Part shown: piece after piece, positions 8,701 to 16,670 of the stretch
Numbering within the stretch: the stretch's first letter is position 1
Layout: every line of letters begins with the position of its first letter
Assembly: GCA_019057635.1 (NCBI GenBank)
Contig: DXJL01000160.1
Location: 1-33,887, forward strand
Origin: Candidatus Heimdallarchaeota archaeon
Lineage (GTDB): Archaea > Asgardarchaeota > Heimdallarchaeia > Hodarchaeales > Hodarchaeaceae
DNA length: 33,887 nt
Reading direction: 5' to 3'
Notes under the pieces: generated by a model
Database searches by the model: none
Told to the model about the DNA's origin: nothing
Seen by the model: the letters and a program-made list of their open reading frames with translations, nothing else
Position numbers and translations under genes: made by a program

Positions 8701-8859
8701 ATGAGTAGCCTATCAAAATCTAAAGAAAGTATAATGAAAATTTGTGCTGACTTTTATCCAAATTGCCACTATTGCACCTGCTTTCACATGTGTTTTCCCG
8801 ATAAAGCAAAAGACGATGTGTTTTCTGAAATGGCCAAAAAAAGTGAAATTGTCACTTAG
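8701..8859 (+). CDS. 52-aa cysteine-rich microprotein with a C-x6-C-x2-C-x5-C motif
   Basis: Hand translation MSSLSKSKESIMKICADFYPNCHYCTCFHMCFPDKAKDDVFSEMAKKSEIVT*; upstream AAGGATGG; below the ORF-track size cutoff. Confidence 0.6.
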   Translation: MSSLSKSKESIMKICADFYPNCHYCTCFHMCFPDKAKDDVFSEMAKKSEIVT

Positions 8860-9012
8860 CTAAACATTGGCCAAACTTTTCAGGATTAGTAACAAAGATT
8901 TTCTGATAAAGCCATTATTAGATAATATTCCCTCAATCAATAATCAAACGAAAAACCTCATAGAGAACTTCAAAGCTAAAATTTTTTAACTTGAAATCAG
9001 TCTTAGATATAG

Positions 9013-10089
9013 ATGTCCATGAATAACCTAATGAAGAGAGAATCTACCTTAAAATTATTACTACTGCTTTGTGCTGGGGAAGGAGTGGATATTAATGTCA
9101 GTGAATTAGCAAACAAACTCAATAAACATAGAAACACCATTAAAGATAGAATAGATCATCTTATAGAGCATAAAATCATTGAAAAACCAGTATATCCATT
9201 ACTGTGGTTATTTACTGAGTATCCTCTTTTAGTTATCTCAAAGGACAAATTATATCGGGATGAGAATACTAGGACTTTCATTGAAAATGATCCACATATC
9301 TTCGCAGGCTATTTCTTCCAGGAAGGAGTATATAATACGTTAACTATTCAATTCCATGAAGATCTTTACTCTTATCAAATCTGGTGTGATAAGGTTTTAG
9401 AAAACGGAAAAATCATTAGGGAAGAAGATCGTCATCATCCTGATATGCTACTTTTCAGTACAAAGCGTATTTTAAAGTATGACACCTCTGCTCCCTTCAG
9501 AATAATTGAACGGGGTTTTAAGAAAGGGGATATAAAAAAAATAGGTGATTATGAGCTAGATTCTTTATCGATAAATATCCTAAAAATGATTTTAAATGGA
9601 AAGGCGATAAGAACCAATGAGAATTCATTAGCTCGAACCTTAAAGGTGAATAGGAACACCATTATCAGGCAGATACATAGCCTACTGAAAAAAGGAATAA
9701 TTGCGAAACCCACCTCTAGATTTCCTCCGACATTTGTTCCACCTGACTATATGCTAATATTTTCTTTAATTGAAATTAAAAGACGTTGTGAAGAGGTTGC
9801 AGGATTCCTTAGAAGAGACCCTCGTGTTCCTCTCCTAATCAAAGCAAATGTTGGTAGGTATAATTATTTTGTAGCAAGCACATTTAAAACCGTAGAAGAT
9901 CATATAAAGTGGCAAGAAAAGTATACTCAAAATTTCCAAGCGTGTATAGAGGCAATTAAGAACACTTATCTTTCCCCTGCAATGACGTTTTCAATCAATC
10001 AGAATAACATATCCCTTGAACTCATAAAAAAGAAAATACACTTACTACAAGAAGAAGAAAGTACATTTAACCACAGTATAGATTTGTAA
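9013..10089 (+). CDS. Internally duplicated Lrp/AsnC-like transcriptional regulator (two HTH+RAM-like units)
   Basis: Repeat HTHs NVSELANKLNKHRNTIKDRIDHLIEHKII and NENSLARTLKVNRNTIIRQIHSLLKKGII, each followed by a GxYN-containing beta-alpha region. Confidence 0.75.
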   Translation: MSMNNLMKRESTLKLLLLLCAGEGVDINVSELANKLNKHRNTIKDRIDHLIEHKIIEKPVYPLLWLFTEYPLLVISKDKLYRDENTRTFIENDPHIFAGYFFQEGVYNTLTIQFHEDLYSYQIWCDKVLENGKIIREEDRHHPDMLLFSTKRILKYDTSAPFRIIERGFKKGDIKKIGDYELDSLSINILKMILNGKAIRTNENSLARTLKVNRNTIIRQIHSLLKKGIIAKPTSRFPPTFVPPDYMLIFSLIEIKRRCEEVAGFLRRDPRVPLLIKANVGRYNYFVASTFKTVEDHIKWQEKYTQNFQACIEAIKNTYLSPAMTFSINQNNISLELIKKKIHLLQEEESTFNHSIDL

Positions 10090-10101
10090 ATCATTTTTTG
10101 T

Positions 10102-10188
10102 TTAATTACGGTTTTTCTCTAACTGTTGCTTTAGACAATTCAGACAAGCATGGAAGACATACCAACCAGACGATAATAATTTAATCAT
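10102..10188 (-). CDS. Possible 28-aa CxxC peptide
   Basis: AGGAGGAACC-ATG; MIKLLSSGWYVFHACLNCLKQQLEKNRN*. Confidence 0.3.
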   Translation of the reverse strand: MIKLLSSGWYVFHACLNCLKQQLEKNRN

Positions 10189-10300
10189 GGTTCCTCCTGT
10201 CTTTCCTAGTGATTAAATTATTTTATTCTCCTTTTGAAAGAATTAAAAATGATTTTGACAAATTTAAAACCCATGTAAGAAATTACATTTGGCTAAAATA

Positions 10301-10366
10301 TGGCTAAATTGTCAATTAACAATAGTAAAAATGACAGTTTCGCCAATATTTATAAGCATAATTGGC
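10301..10366 (+). promoter_or_regulatory. Putative operator (inverted TGGCNAAAYTGTCA half-sites) and TATA box of the sulfur-relay operon
   Basis: TGGCTAAATTGTCA (10301-10314) and inverted TGGCGAAACTGTCA (10332-10345) match at 12/14; TTTATAA at ~10349-10355 is flanked by GCCAAT/ATTGGC. Confidence 0.55.
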
Positions 10367-10551
10367 AAGTTTCGTCTTGAATAGTTTCAACGCACCTAAC
10401 CACTCTTAACTATCCGTAAGTAGGTATGAGAGATCATGCCTTCCTCTTTACGGAATTCCTCCTCAGAGTTTCAGAGATTTTGGGACTATTCTCTAATAAT
10501 GATAGTATTAGTGAAGAAACAATTTTTTTAACTTTTAAGGATGAAAATAAA

Positions 10552-10788
10552 ATGAGTGAAGTACACAAAACCTTAGATGCACGCAACTTGAGTTGTCCAA
10601 TGCCCGTTCTGAAAGCAAAAAAAGCTTTGAAAGAATTAGATATCGGTCTAGTGCTAGAAATTCTGGCAACTGACCCTGGTAGTATGGCTGATTTTCCTGC
10701 CTGGACTCGTTCCACAGGTCAAGAACTCCTTTCTTCGGAGGAACTTGGTCCAAAAGATTATCGTTTTTTAGTTAAAAGAATGAAATAG
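10552..10788 (+). CDS. tusA: Sulfurtransferase TusA family protein
   Basis: LDARNLSCPMP, ATDPGS, DFPAW; start at MSEV (10552). Confidence 0.93.
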   Translation: MSEVHKTLDARNLSCPMPVLKAKKALKELDIGLVLEILATDPGSMADFPAWTRSTGQELLSSEELGPKDYRFLVKRMK

Positions 10789-10807
10789 AGTAAGAGATGG
10801 ATGAATT

Positions 10808-11284
10808 ATGAGTGAGGATAAACCGAAACGTATGGCAATTATTGCTGCAAATGGAACATTAGACGCTGCTTACCCTCCAGTTATTTTGGCATCAACAGCC
10901 ACTGCAATGGACATGGAAGTCGCAATATTTTTCACCTTCTATGGATTAGATTTGATCCACAAGAAGAGGAGCAAGAAACTCAAAGTGAGCCCAATCGCAA
11001 ACCCAGCTGCTCCAATGCCAGTCCCTAATATTATTGGTATGATCCCTGGAATGACTGCAATGGCAACCTGGATGATGAAACGCTGGATGAAAGGTGCAAA
11101 TGTTGCTAAATTCGTAGAATTAAGAGAAATGTGCCAAGAGAATGGGGTTAGATTTATCGGCTGTCAGATGACCATGGATGTCATGGGTGTCAAAGAATCG
11201 GATCTTATTGACGGTTGTGACCTCGGTGGCGCAGCTACCTTCTTAGAGTTTGCTAAAGATGCTGATATTACATTAATGATGTAA
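10808..11284 (+). CDS. DsrE/DsrF/DrsH-like (DsrE2-type) sulfur carrier
   Basis: GTLDAAYPPVILASTA, FFTFYGL, IGCQMTMDVMG, GAATFL. Confidence 0.92.
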   Translation: MSEDKPKRMAIIAANGTLDAAYPPVILASTATAMDMEVAIFFTFYGLDLIHKKRSKKLKVSPIANPAAPMPVPNIIGMIPGMTAMATWMMKRWMKGANVAKFVELREMCQENGVRFIGCQMTMDVMGVKESDLIDGCDLGGAATFLEFAKDADITLMM

Positions 11285-11322
11285 TATCTTCTAATTATCT
11301 TTTTTATCAGGTGGTTTTTATT

Positions 11323-11733
11323 ATGGGTAAATTTCTAATGGTATGTGATTCCGCAGCAACAGATAAACTTCAGACTTTAGCGATAATTGCTTCAGGTGCA
11401 GTAACAAGTGATCATGAAGTAGTCATTTTCTTTATGCATGACGCTGTTTACGCCTTGAAAAAAGATGCTCCTCCCGAGCCTGAAGTTACTAGTATCTATC
11501 CTGAAGTAGCTGAAAAAGTGAATCAGGCGAGAAAAGATGGCAAATTGATGCACTGGAAAGGGCTTCTTGAAGATTTGAAGGATTTGGGTGAACTCAGAAT
11601 TATCGCTTGCGTCCAAATCACGGAAATATTAGGCTTAGAGAAAGATGATCTCTTGCCTATGGTAGATGAAGTCGCAGGGGTGAATACTCTTGCTGAGCAG
11701 GCAATGCTTGCTGATAGGGTAATTTTTCTTTAA
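11323..11733 (+). CDS. DsrE-family protein
   Basis: IIASGA, IFFMHDAV, IIACVQ, EVAGV; ATG after AGGTGG. Confidence 0.85.
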   Translation: MGKFLMVCDSAATDKLQTLAIIASGAVTSDHEVVIFFMHDAVYALKKDAPPEPEVTSIYPEVAEKVNQARKDGKLMHWKGLLEDLKDLGELRIIACVQITEILGLEKDDLLPMVDEVAGVNTLAEQAMLADRVIFL

Positions 11734-11754
11734 TAATCAAAGGTGAATAAAAAA

Positions 11755-11997
11755 ATGAGTAATGAAGTACAAGCAGATAAAGTCATGGATGCTCGCAACT
11801 CTTTTTGTCCAGGGCCGTTAATGGAGCTGATTAAATCCATTAAGAAAGGAGAAATTGACAAAGTTTACGAAGTCTGGAGTAAAGATGCAGGCTCAATAAA
11901 AGACATCCCAAAATGGGTTGAGAAAGCTAAACATCAAATGGTAGCCGTTATTGAAGAGAATGGTTATACTCGTTTTCAAGTAAGGAAGGCAAGATAA
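11755..11997 (+). CDS. tusA: Second TusA family sulfurtransferase
   Basis: MDARNSFCPGPLMEL, DAGS, DIPKW; AGGTGA SD. Confidence 0.92.
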   Translation: MSNEVQADKVMDARNSFCPGPLMELIKSIKKGEIDKVYEVWSKDAGSIKDIPKWVEKAKHQMVAVIEENGYTRFQVRKAR

Positions 11998-12028
11998 TTG
12001 TCTACCTTCATTTTCTTTTGGTGATATT

Positions 12029-13201
12029 ATGAGTATAGACAAATCTAAAGTTGTTATTTTAGGTGGGGGTACTGGTGGAGTTATTGTTGCTAATCTTCTT
12101 GGACGGAAAGCTAAAAAGCAAGCTGACGTTACATTAGTCTCTAAACAGGATAATGTTTTTTATGAAGCCGATCTACCCTACCGTATCTTTGATAGAAAGT
12201 CATTCAAGTCACAATATAAATCAGTTCGTAAGGTTGTGAATAATAACGTTAGCATTCTTAAGGAAGAAGTAGTCGGTCTAGATGTAGATAACAAGTCGGT
12301 TTCTTTCAAGGGTGGTAGTAGTATTCCTTATGATTATTTGGTAATTTCTACTGGAGCACACTATGATTATGATGCCGTTCCGGGGTTTAAAGAGGGTGCC
12401 TATCATTATTACAATGAAGAAGGTATCCATGAACTAAGAAAGGCATTGGATGAATTTGTGGAGCAGGGTAAGGGAGGCAACATTGTAATTGGAATTGCTG
12501 ATTTACCGTTTAAATGTCCTGTCGCTCCTCTTGAAGGAGTTTTTATGACGGAGCATTTCTTAAGACGCAAGAAACTTCGAAAAACAACAAATTTGCACTA
12601 TCTAAGTCCTATTGGTGGCGCGTTTTCTATTGAACAAGCCAATGTTCATATCGAGAAAAAATTTGCAAAGAAAGGTATTAATTTGCATACATTCTTTAAT
12701 ACAGAGACTATTCATACTGATCGCAAAGTTGTGGAATCTCTTGAAGGTGATGAACTGGAGTATGACCTTCTAATCATGGTTCCCCCTCACAGGGGGCAAC
12801 CGTTTCTGCACGGAACCCCAATAGTCGATTCAGAAGGATGGGTTAATGTGAATACAAAAACCCTCCAAAATGAAGATTATCCTAATGTCTTTGCACTTGG
12901 TGATGCAGCTAATCTCCCAGTGTCAAAAGCAGGATCATCCGCACATTATCAAGCAATGGCTGCAGCTCATAACTTAATAGACATCTTAAAAGGAAAGATG
13001 GACATTTCACAGGTGAAGGAAAGATATAATGGACATGCTACTTGTTTAGTCATGACTTCTCTAACTTCCGCAATGTTCTTTGATTTCAATTATAACCGTC
13101 CTCCATTTGGTCTTGGATACATCTCTAATCGGTTATTCTACTATATCAAAAAGTACCAGAGATTTCTATACTTCTATGGCTTCTTATCTGGCCGAATGTA
13201 A
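12029..13201 (+). CDS. sqr: Sulfide:quinone oxidoreductase-like FAD-dependent oxidoreductase (type III-like)
   Basis: GGGTGG, YDYLVISTG, FKCPVAPLE, VFALGDA, SKAGS, YNGHATC (both Cys present); aromatic/basic C-terminal helix. Confidence 0.85.
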   Translation: MSIDKSKVVILGGGTGGVIVANLLGRKAKKQADVTLVSKQDNVFYEADLPYRIFDRKSFKSQYKSVRKVVNNNVSILKEEVVGLDVDNKSVSFKGGSSIPYDYLVISTGAHYDYDAVPGFKEGAYHYYNEEGIHELRKALDEFVEQGKGGNIVIGIADLPFKCPVAPLEGVFMTEHFLRRKKLRKTTNLHYLSPIGGAFSIEQANVHIEKKFAKKGINLHTFFNTETIHTDRKVVESLEGDELEYDLLIMVPPHRGQPFLHGTPIVDSEGWVNVNTKTLQNEDYPNVFALGDAANLPVSKAGSSAHYQAMAAAHNLIDILKGKMDISQVKERYNGHATCLVMTSLTSAMFFDFNYNRPPFGLGYISNRLFYYIKKYQRFLYFYGFLSGRM

Positions 13202-13243
13202 AATAAGTATCATAAGAGCGACATGAAATGAGGTTATTCGTGA

Positions 13244-13810
13244 ATGATAGATGAAAAAGACAAGCTGATTATCGAGTACTTTCGAAAACACCCACGCAGC
13301 TCTTTTAATCAAGCCGCAAAAGATTTGAGTTTGGCCAAAGGAACTGTAAAAGCGAGATTTGATGATCTTGTAGAAAAGAATCTTATTTCTCCTGGTGTTG
13401 GTCTTAACATCGCCCAGTTAAAGTTTTGTCATGCCCTATCATTCATTGAAATAACAAATCCAGATACAGAACAAGCAATTTTGGAGTATTTTCAGGATTG
13501 TCCATTAGTAACGGCAATGTTCTCTGTATCAGGTTTTGAGTACAATCTTGTCATTTGCCTGGTCGCTGATACACGCGAGAAGATCAGTAAATTTATTGAT
13601 ACTTTTCCTCTTAGTCCTCTCCCAGGAGTGAAGAGACGGAATAGTTTTTTCGTAAAAGAAACAGAAGGATTTGCTGACAATCCCTTTTGGTTTTTTGCCC
13701 CCCCTAAATCTGAAAAGAATATATTTGATAACCATACTTGTCAGAATCGTTGTGGGGTGTGTGGGGTCATTTCTCAGATACAGGTCGACGCAACAAATCA
13801 AGAATCATGA
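13244..13810 (+). CDS. Lrp/AsnC-family regulator with C-terminal Cys cluster
   Basis: MIDEKDKLII...SFNQAAKDLSLAKGTVKARF HTH; SGFEYNL; tail HTCQNRCGVC. Confidence 0.85.
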   Translation: MIDEKDKLIIEYFRKHPRSSFNQAAKDLSLAKGTVKARFDDLVEKNLISPGVGLNIAQLKFCHALSFIEITNPDTEQAILEYFQDCPLVTAMFSVSGFEYNLVICLVADTREKISKFIDTFPLSPLPGVKRRNSFFVKETEGFADNPFWFFAPPKSEKNIFDNHTCQNRCGVCGVISQIQVDATNQES

Positions 13811-13839
13811 TCAGGAAAGCTAATCGCGACAATTTTTTT

Positions 13840-14196
13840 TCAGTAAGTAAATACTTGAGCGCCTACTGATTCAGTCAAGAGAGTGGTAGCACCAGCAAGT
13901 TTCACTCCTTCTATATAGTCTTCTTGATGGATCTCCCGAGCTTCTACACAGGGGACACAGGTGAAGACTCGTCCTCCCATTTCCATGAAATTTGTGATCA
14001 GTTCTTCAAGTGGGGTGAATGGGGGGAAGACCCAGCCTTTACAATAATCCTTGCGGACGACATTAACTCCTTCAGCTTGGAGAAACATTACAACTTCAGC
14101 GTCTAGTACGTGAGCAGCATTAGCAACTGCCCAAGCCATACTTGCTCGTTCAAAATTGTCGTGGCCATGTGTGGACACAATAACAAATTTAACCAT
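13840..14196 (-). CDS. DsrE-family protein with CxxC
   Basis: KFVIVSTHG, MFLQAEGV, VFTCVPCVEAR, LAGATTL; start moved to MVKF after GAGGG. Confidence 0.88.
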   Translation of the reverse strand: MVKFVIVSTHGHDNFERASMAWAVANAAHVLDAEVVMFLQAEGVNVVRKDYCKGWVFPPFTPLEELITNFMEMGGRVFTCVPCVEAREIHQEDYIEGVKLAGATTLLTESVGAQVFTY

Positions 14197-14278
14197 TTTG
14201 TTTCCCTCTTCTTTGTTTTCTAATTTATTTTTACTAAGTGTTTGTTTTAGTCGACTAAACAATGATTTCCCTTACTTT

Positions 14279-14640
14279 CTAGACTGATGATTGTTCTTCA
14301 GATTCCTGTAAATTACAATAATGTTCTTTAATTCGATGTTGGATTGGTGATTTTGAGATCCGAGATAAACCCGGAACACAATTAATGGCTGCAAGACTTT
14401 CAGCCAATCCTTCATCACCCAGACAACATAATTCGACTAATAAATCATATTCACCAAAAATCTGATACAGCCGTTTTACTCCCGTAATAGGAGTTATTTG
14501 TTTAATGATTTTGTCGATATCTCGACCAGGTTCAGTTTGGATCATAAGAAGAAGATCACGAGAAAAGCCAAGTTTCCAGAGACGACTCAAGGGAACCATC
14601 TTTATTAAAACCCCTTTTTCTTTCAATCGCTTAAGCCGCC
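14279..14640 (-). pseudogene. 5'-truncated Lrp/AsnC regulator (RAM domain intact, most of the HTH missing)
   Basis: The frame reads ...WRLKRLKEKGVL (end of HTH) then IFGEYDLLVE. Upstream it runs into low-complexity sequence and an in-frame stop at 14678-14680 with no ATG. Confidence 0.6.
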
Positions 14641-14750
14641 AAGGCCGCTTAATCTGTTTTTCTCTTTTTCTTCCTTTTTATTTTGGGGTGGGGATACAAA
14701 TAAAAACATCTGATATTGGTTTCAGACAAGACTGATCAGAAGGGATACTC

Positions 14751-15098
14751 ATGCCAGAAACAGAAGAACAAGTTGTTCAAGGGATAAAAAAAGTACTAGG
14801 AAAACTTTCCGAAGAAGAAAATAGAAAGCGCTTTAAGAAATGGAATAAAACTATTGCTTTTTCATTTAAAGAATTTGATAAGACTTGGACAACTACCTTG
14901 ACAAATGGTTTAGCTGGTGATCTTGAAGAAGGTGGGATTGATAAATCAAAGAAGTATGATATACTTTTAATAACTAATTCCAAGACCTGGCTCGGTATAC
15001 TCAATAAAGAAATCAAAGCAATGAGTGCCTTTTCCTCAGGGAACTTGAAAATTAAGGGCAAGATGGTAGATTTATTGAAACTTAAAAAAGTATTATAA
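14751..15098 (+). CDS. SCP2 sterol/lipid-binding domain protein
   Basis: DILLITNSKTWLGIL...AMSAFSSGNLKIKGKMVDLLKL. Confidence 0.85.
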   Translation: MPETEEQVVQGIKKVLGKLSEEENRKRFKKWNKTIAFSFKEFDKTWTTTLTNGLAGDLEEGGIDKSKKYDILLITNSKTWLGILNKEIKAMSAFSSGNLKIKGKMVDLLKLKKVL

Positions 15099-15280
15099 TT
15101 ATTCAGTAACAACCTGAATAATAGATTTAATCTATCAGAAAAGTCAAATAAGATATGTAATATCTAACATTCGGAGACATTTGTTAGAAGGACTTTTATG
15201 GATTTGATCTATTTTACATGTAACTATTTATTAATTACATAATGCATGTAATAAAATTCATTAATATGAGAGATATACGA

Positions 15281-15460
15281 ATGAAGATTGGAAAACGGAC
15301 CATTTGCGATACTTGCGGACGTGTTGAATCGGAAAATCTAAAGATCTATGACCATCCAACGGAAAAAAATAAGCATTTGTGTGATCCCTGTAAACAAGAT
15401 GTGTATTTTGAAAATATCTCGGTTATCGCTAAACAAAAAAATAATCGACAGATGATGTAA
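15281..15460 (+). CDS. Small zinc-finger-like protein
   Basis: CDTC...HLCDPC; start probably MKIG. Confidence 0.65.
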   Translation: MKIGKRTICDTCGRVESENLKIYDHPTEKNKHLCDPCKQDVYFENISVIAKQKNNRQMM

Positions 15461-15471
15461 TGATCTAAGAT

Positions 15472-16050
15472 TTATGTAGATTCGTTTAGGGGGAACGTAG
15501 CTAGGTCTTTGTAGATAGCCCCCGTGGGAGTGAGTGTACTTTGTTTGAAGATGAATGAGTGAATCGTTTCTTCCTCACCAGAGAAGTCTTTCATAGTGGG
15601 TAAAAAAGTTGCTATCTCCTGTTTAGTCTCTATTGTTAGTTTTTTTACACGTCCTAGTGTTAAATGAGGAGAAAATCGCCTCTTTTCTTTTGGAAGACCA
15701 ATAGCTGATAATTTTTGGTCAACTTCTGAAGCCAACGCAATTAATTCTTGTTGGCCCAAAGAAATCCCCGTCCAGATGACACGAGGGCGATGCTCATTAG
15801 GAAAACAACCAATGCTGGAAAAATTTATTGAAAATGAGGGGAATGGGATGGAATCTAGTTCCTGTGAAATCTTTGAAAGCTGGTGTTCTGGGATCTCCCC
15901 AAGAAATTTCAGTGTCAAATGCAGTTGATTTGTTTTTACTGGTCTTATCCCTTTAATCTCTTGAAGTTTGGCTAAGATGCTATCGATTTTCTGGATGTTT
16001 GTGGGGTTTGAAATTTCTACGCATACAAAACATCGAACCAAGTTAATCAT
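15472..16050 (-). CDS. thpR: RNA 2',3'-cyclic phosphodiesterase (2H family, LigT)
   Basis: Two HxT motifs (LHLTLKFLG, FSPHLTLGR), PRVIW, STLTPTGAIY. Confidence 0.93.
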   Translation of the reverse strand: MINLVRCFVCVEISNPTNIQKIDSILAKLQEIKGIRPVKTNQLHLTLKFLGEIPEHQLSKISQELDSIPFPSFSINFSSIGCFPNEHRPRVIWTGISLGQQELIALASEVDQKLSAIGLPKEKRRFSPHLTLGRVKKLTIETKQEIATFLPTMKDFSGEEETIHSFIFKQSTLTPTGAIYKDLATFPLNEST

Positions 16051-16139
16051 CTCTAGAATGTTGAAGGTGCAAGATAAGTTTTATTTCTCATAATTTAAAG
16101 ATTTTCCGCGTGCCGCATTTCAAACCTTAAAAAGTGTCA

Positions 16140-16161
16140 GTACACCTATATATAGATGTAC
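16140..16161. promoter_or_regulatory. Palindromic operator/TATA upstream of padR-HAAS
   Basis: GTACACCTATA|TATAGATGTAC, 10 of 11 positions symmetric. Confidence 0.55.
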
Positions 16162-16248
16162 ATACAAACACGGTTTTATCATGTCTCGATGCTGAAAAAA
16201 GTTCTCAGTAGAATAATTCGAGCAAAACATGTAGTTGGGACTTGAAGA

Positions 16249-16665
16249 CTGTCAAACGATGACGAAAATAGTAGAAATAAGGAATCCAGGGATACACCTA
16301 CCATTATCCAAAACTGGGAACGTGATTTAAGACGTGGGTTACTCAAATTAATGATCTTGCTTCTCATTCGGTTACGAACAGAAGAAGCACATGGTTATGG
16401 GTTAATTAAATTGCTCAGAGAAACTAATATTCCGTTAAAGGCTGGGACTGTTTATCCATTGCTTAAACGGATGGAAAGAGATGGTTTAATTGCCTCAATA
16501 ATTGCAGAAGATTTAGAATCTCCAGGTATGCCCCGTCGTATTTATACTATTACATCTGTTGGTGAATTGATGATCGAATCAATGATTCAAACTTATTTTA
16601 CTTACCATGATTCTATTCAAGGCTGGTATAATGAGATTCAATCCTTTAAGCGTGAAAAGAGGTAA
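16249..16665 (+). CDS. PadR-family regulator (probable non-canonical start)
   Basis: HGYGL, AGTVYPLLKRME, RRIYTIT. The conserved WERDLRRGLLKL lies upstream of the first ATG (16351); candidate CTG at 16249. Confidence 0.82.
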   Translation: MSNDDENSRNKESRDTPTIIQNWERDLRRGLLKLMILLLIRLRTEEAHGYGLIKLLRETNIPLKAGTVYPLLKRMERDGLIASIIAEDLESPGMPRRIYTITSVGELMIESMIQTYFTYHDSIQGWYNEIQSFKREKR

Positions 16666-16670
16666 ATAAC

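Noticed and set aside
10426-10551. N-terminal extension of TusA in the ORF track (similar extensions at 3473, 5259, 14262, 28867 and 31668)
   Set aside because: Family similarity and SD motifs point to downstream starts, and the extensions overlap regulatory DNA or neighbouring genes.
10552-14196. Selenoprotein versions of DsrE/TusA
   Set aside because: All catalytic positions are Cys codons and the ORFs are full length.
16156-16245. Selenocysteine or readthrough at the TGA upstream of padR
   Set aside because: The TGA is not at a Cys-equivalent position, the upstream peptide is not PadR-like, and no SECIS-like element was seen.
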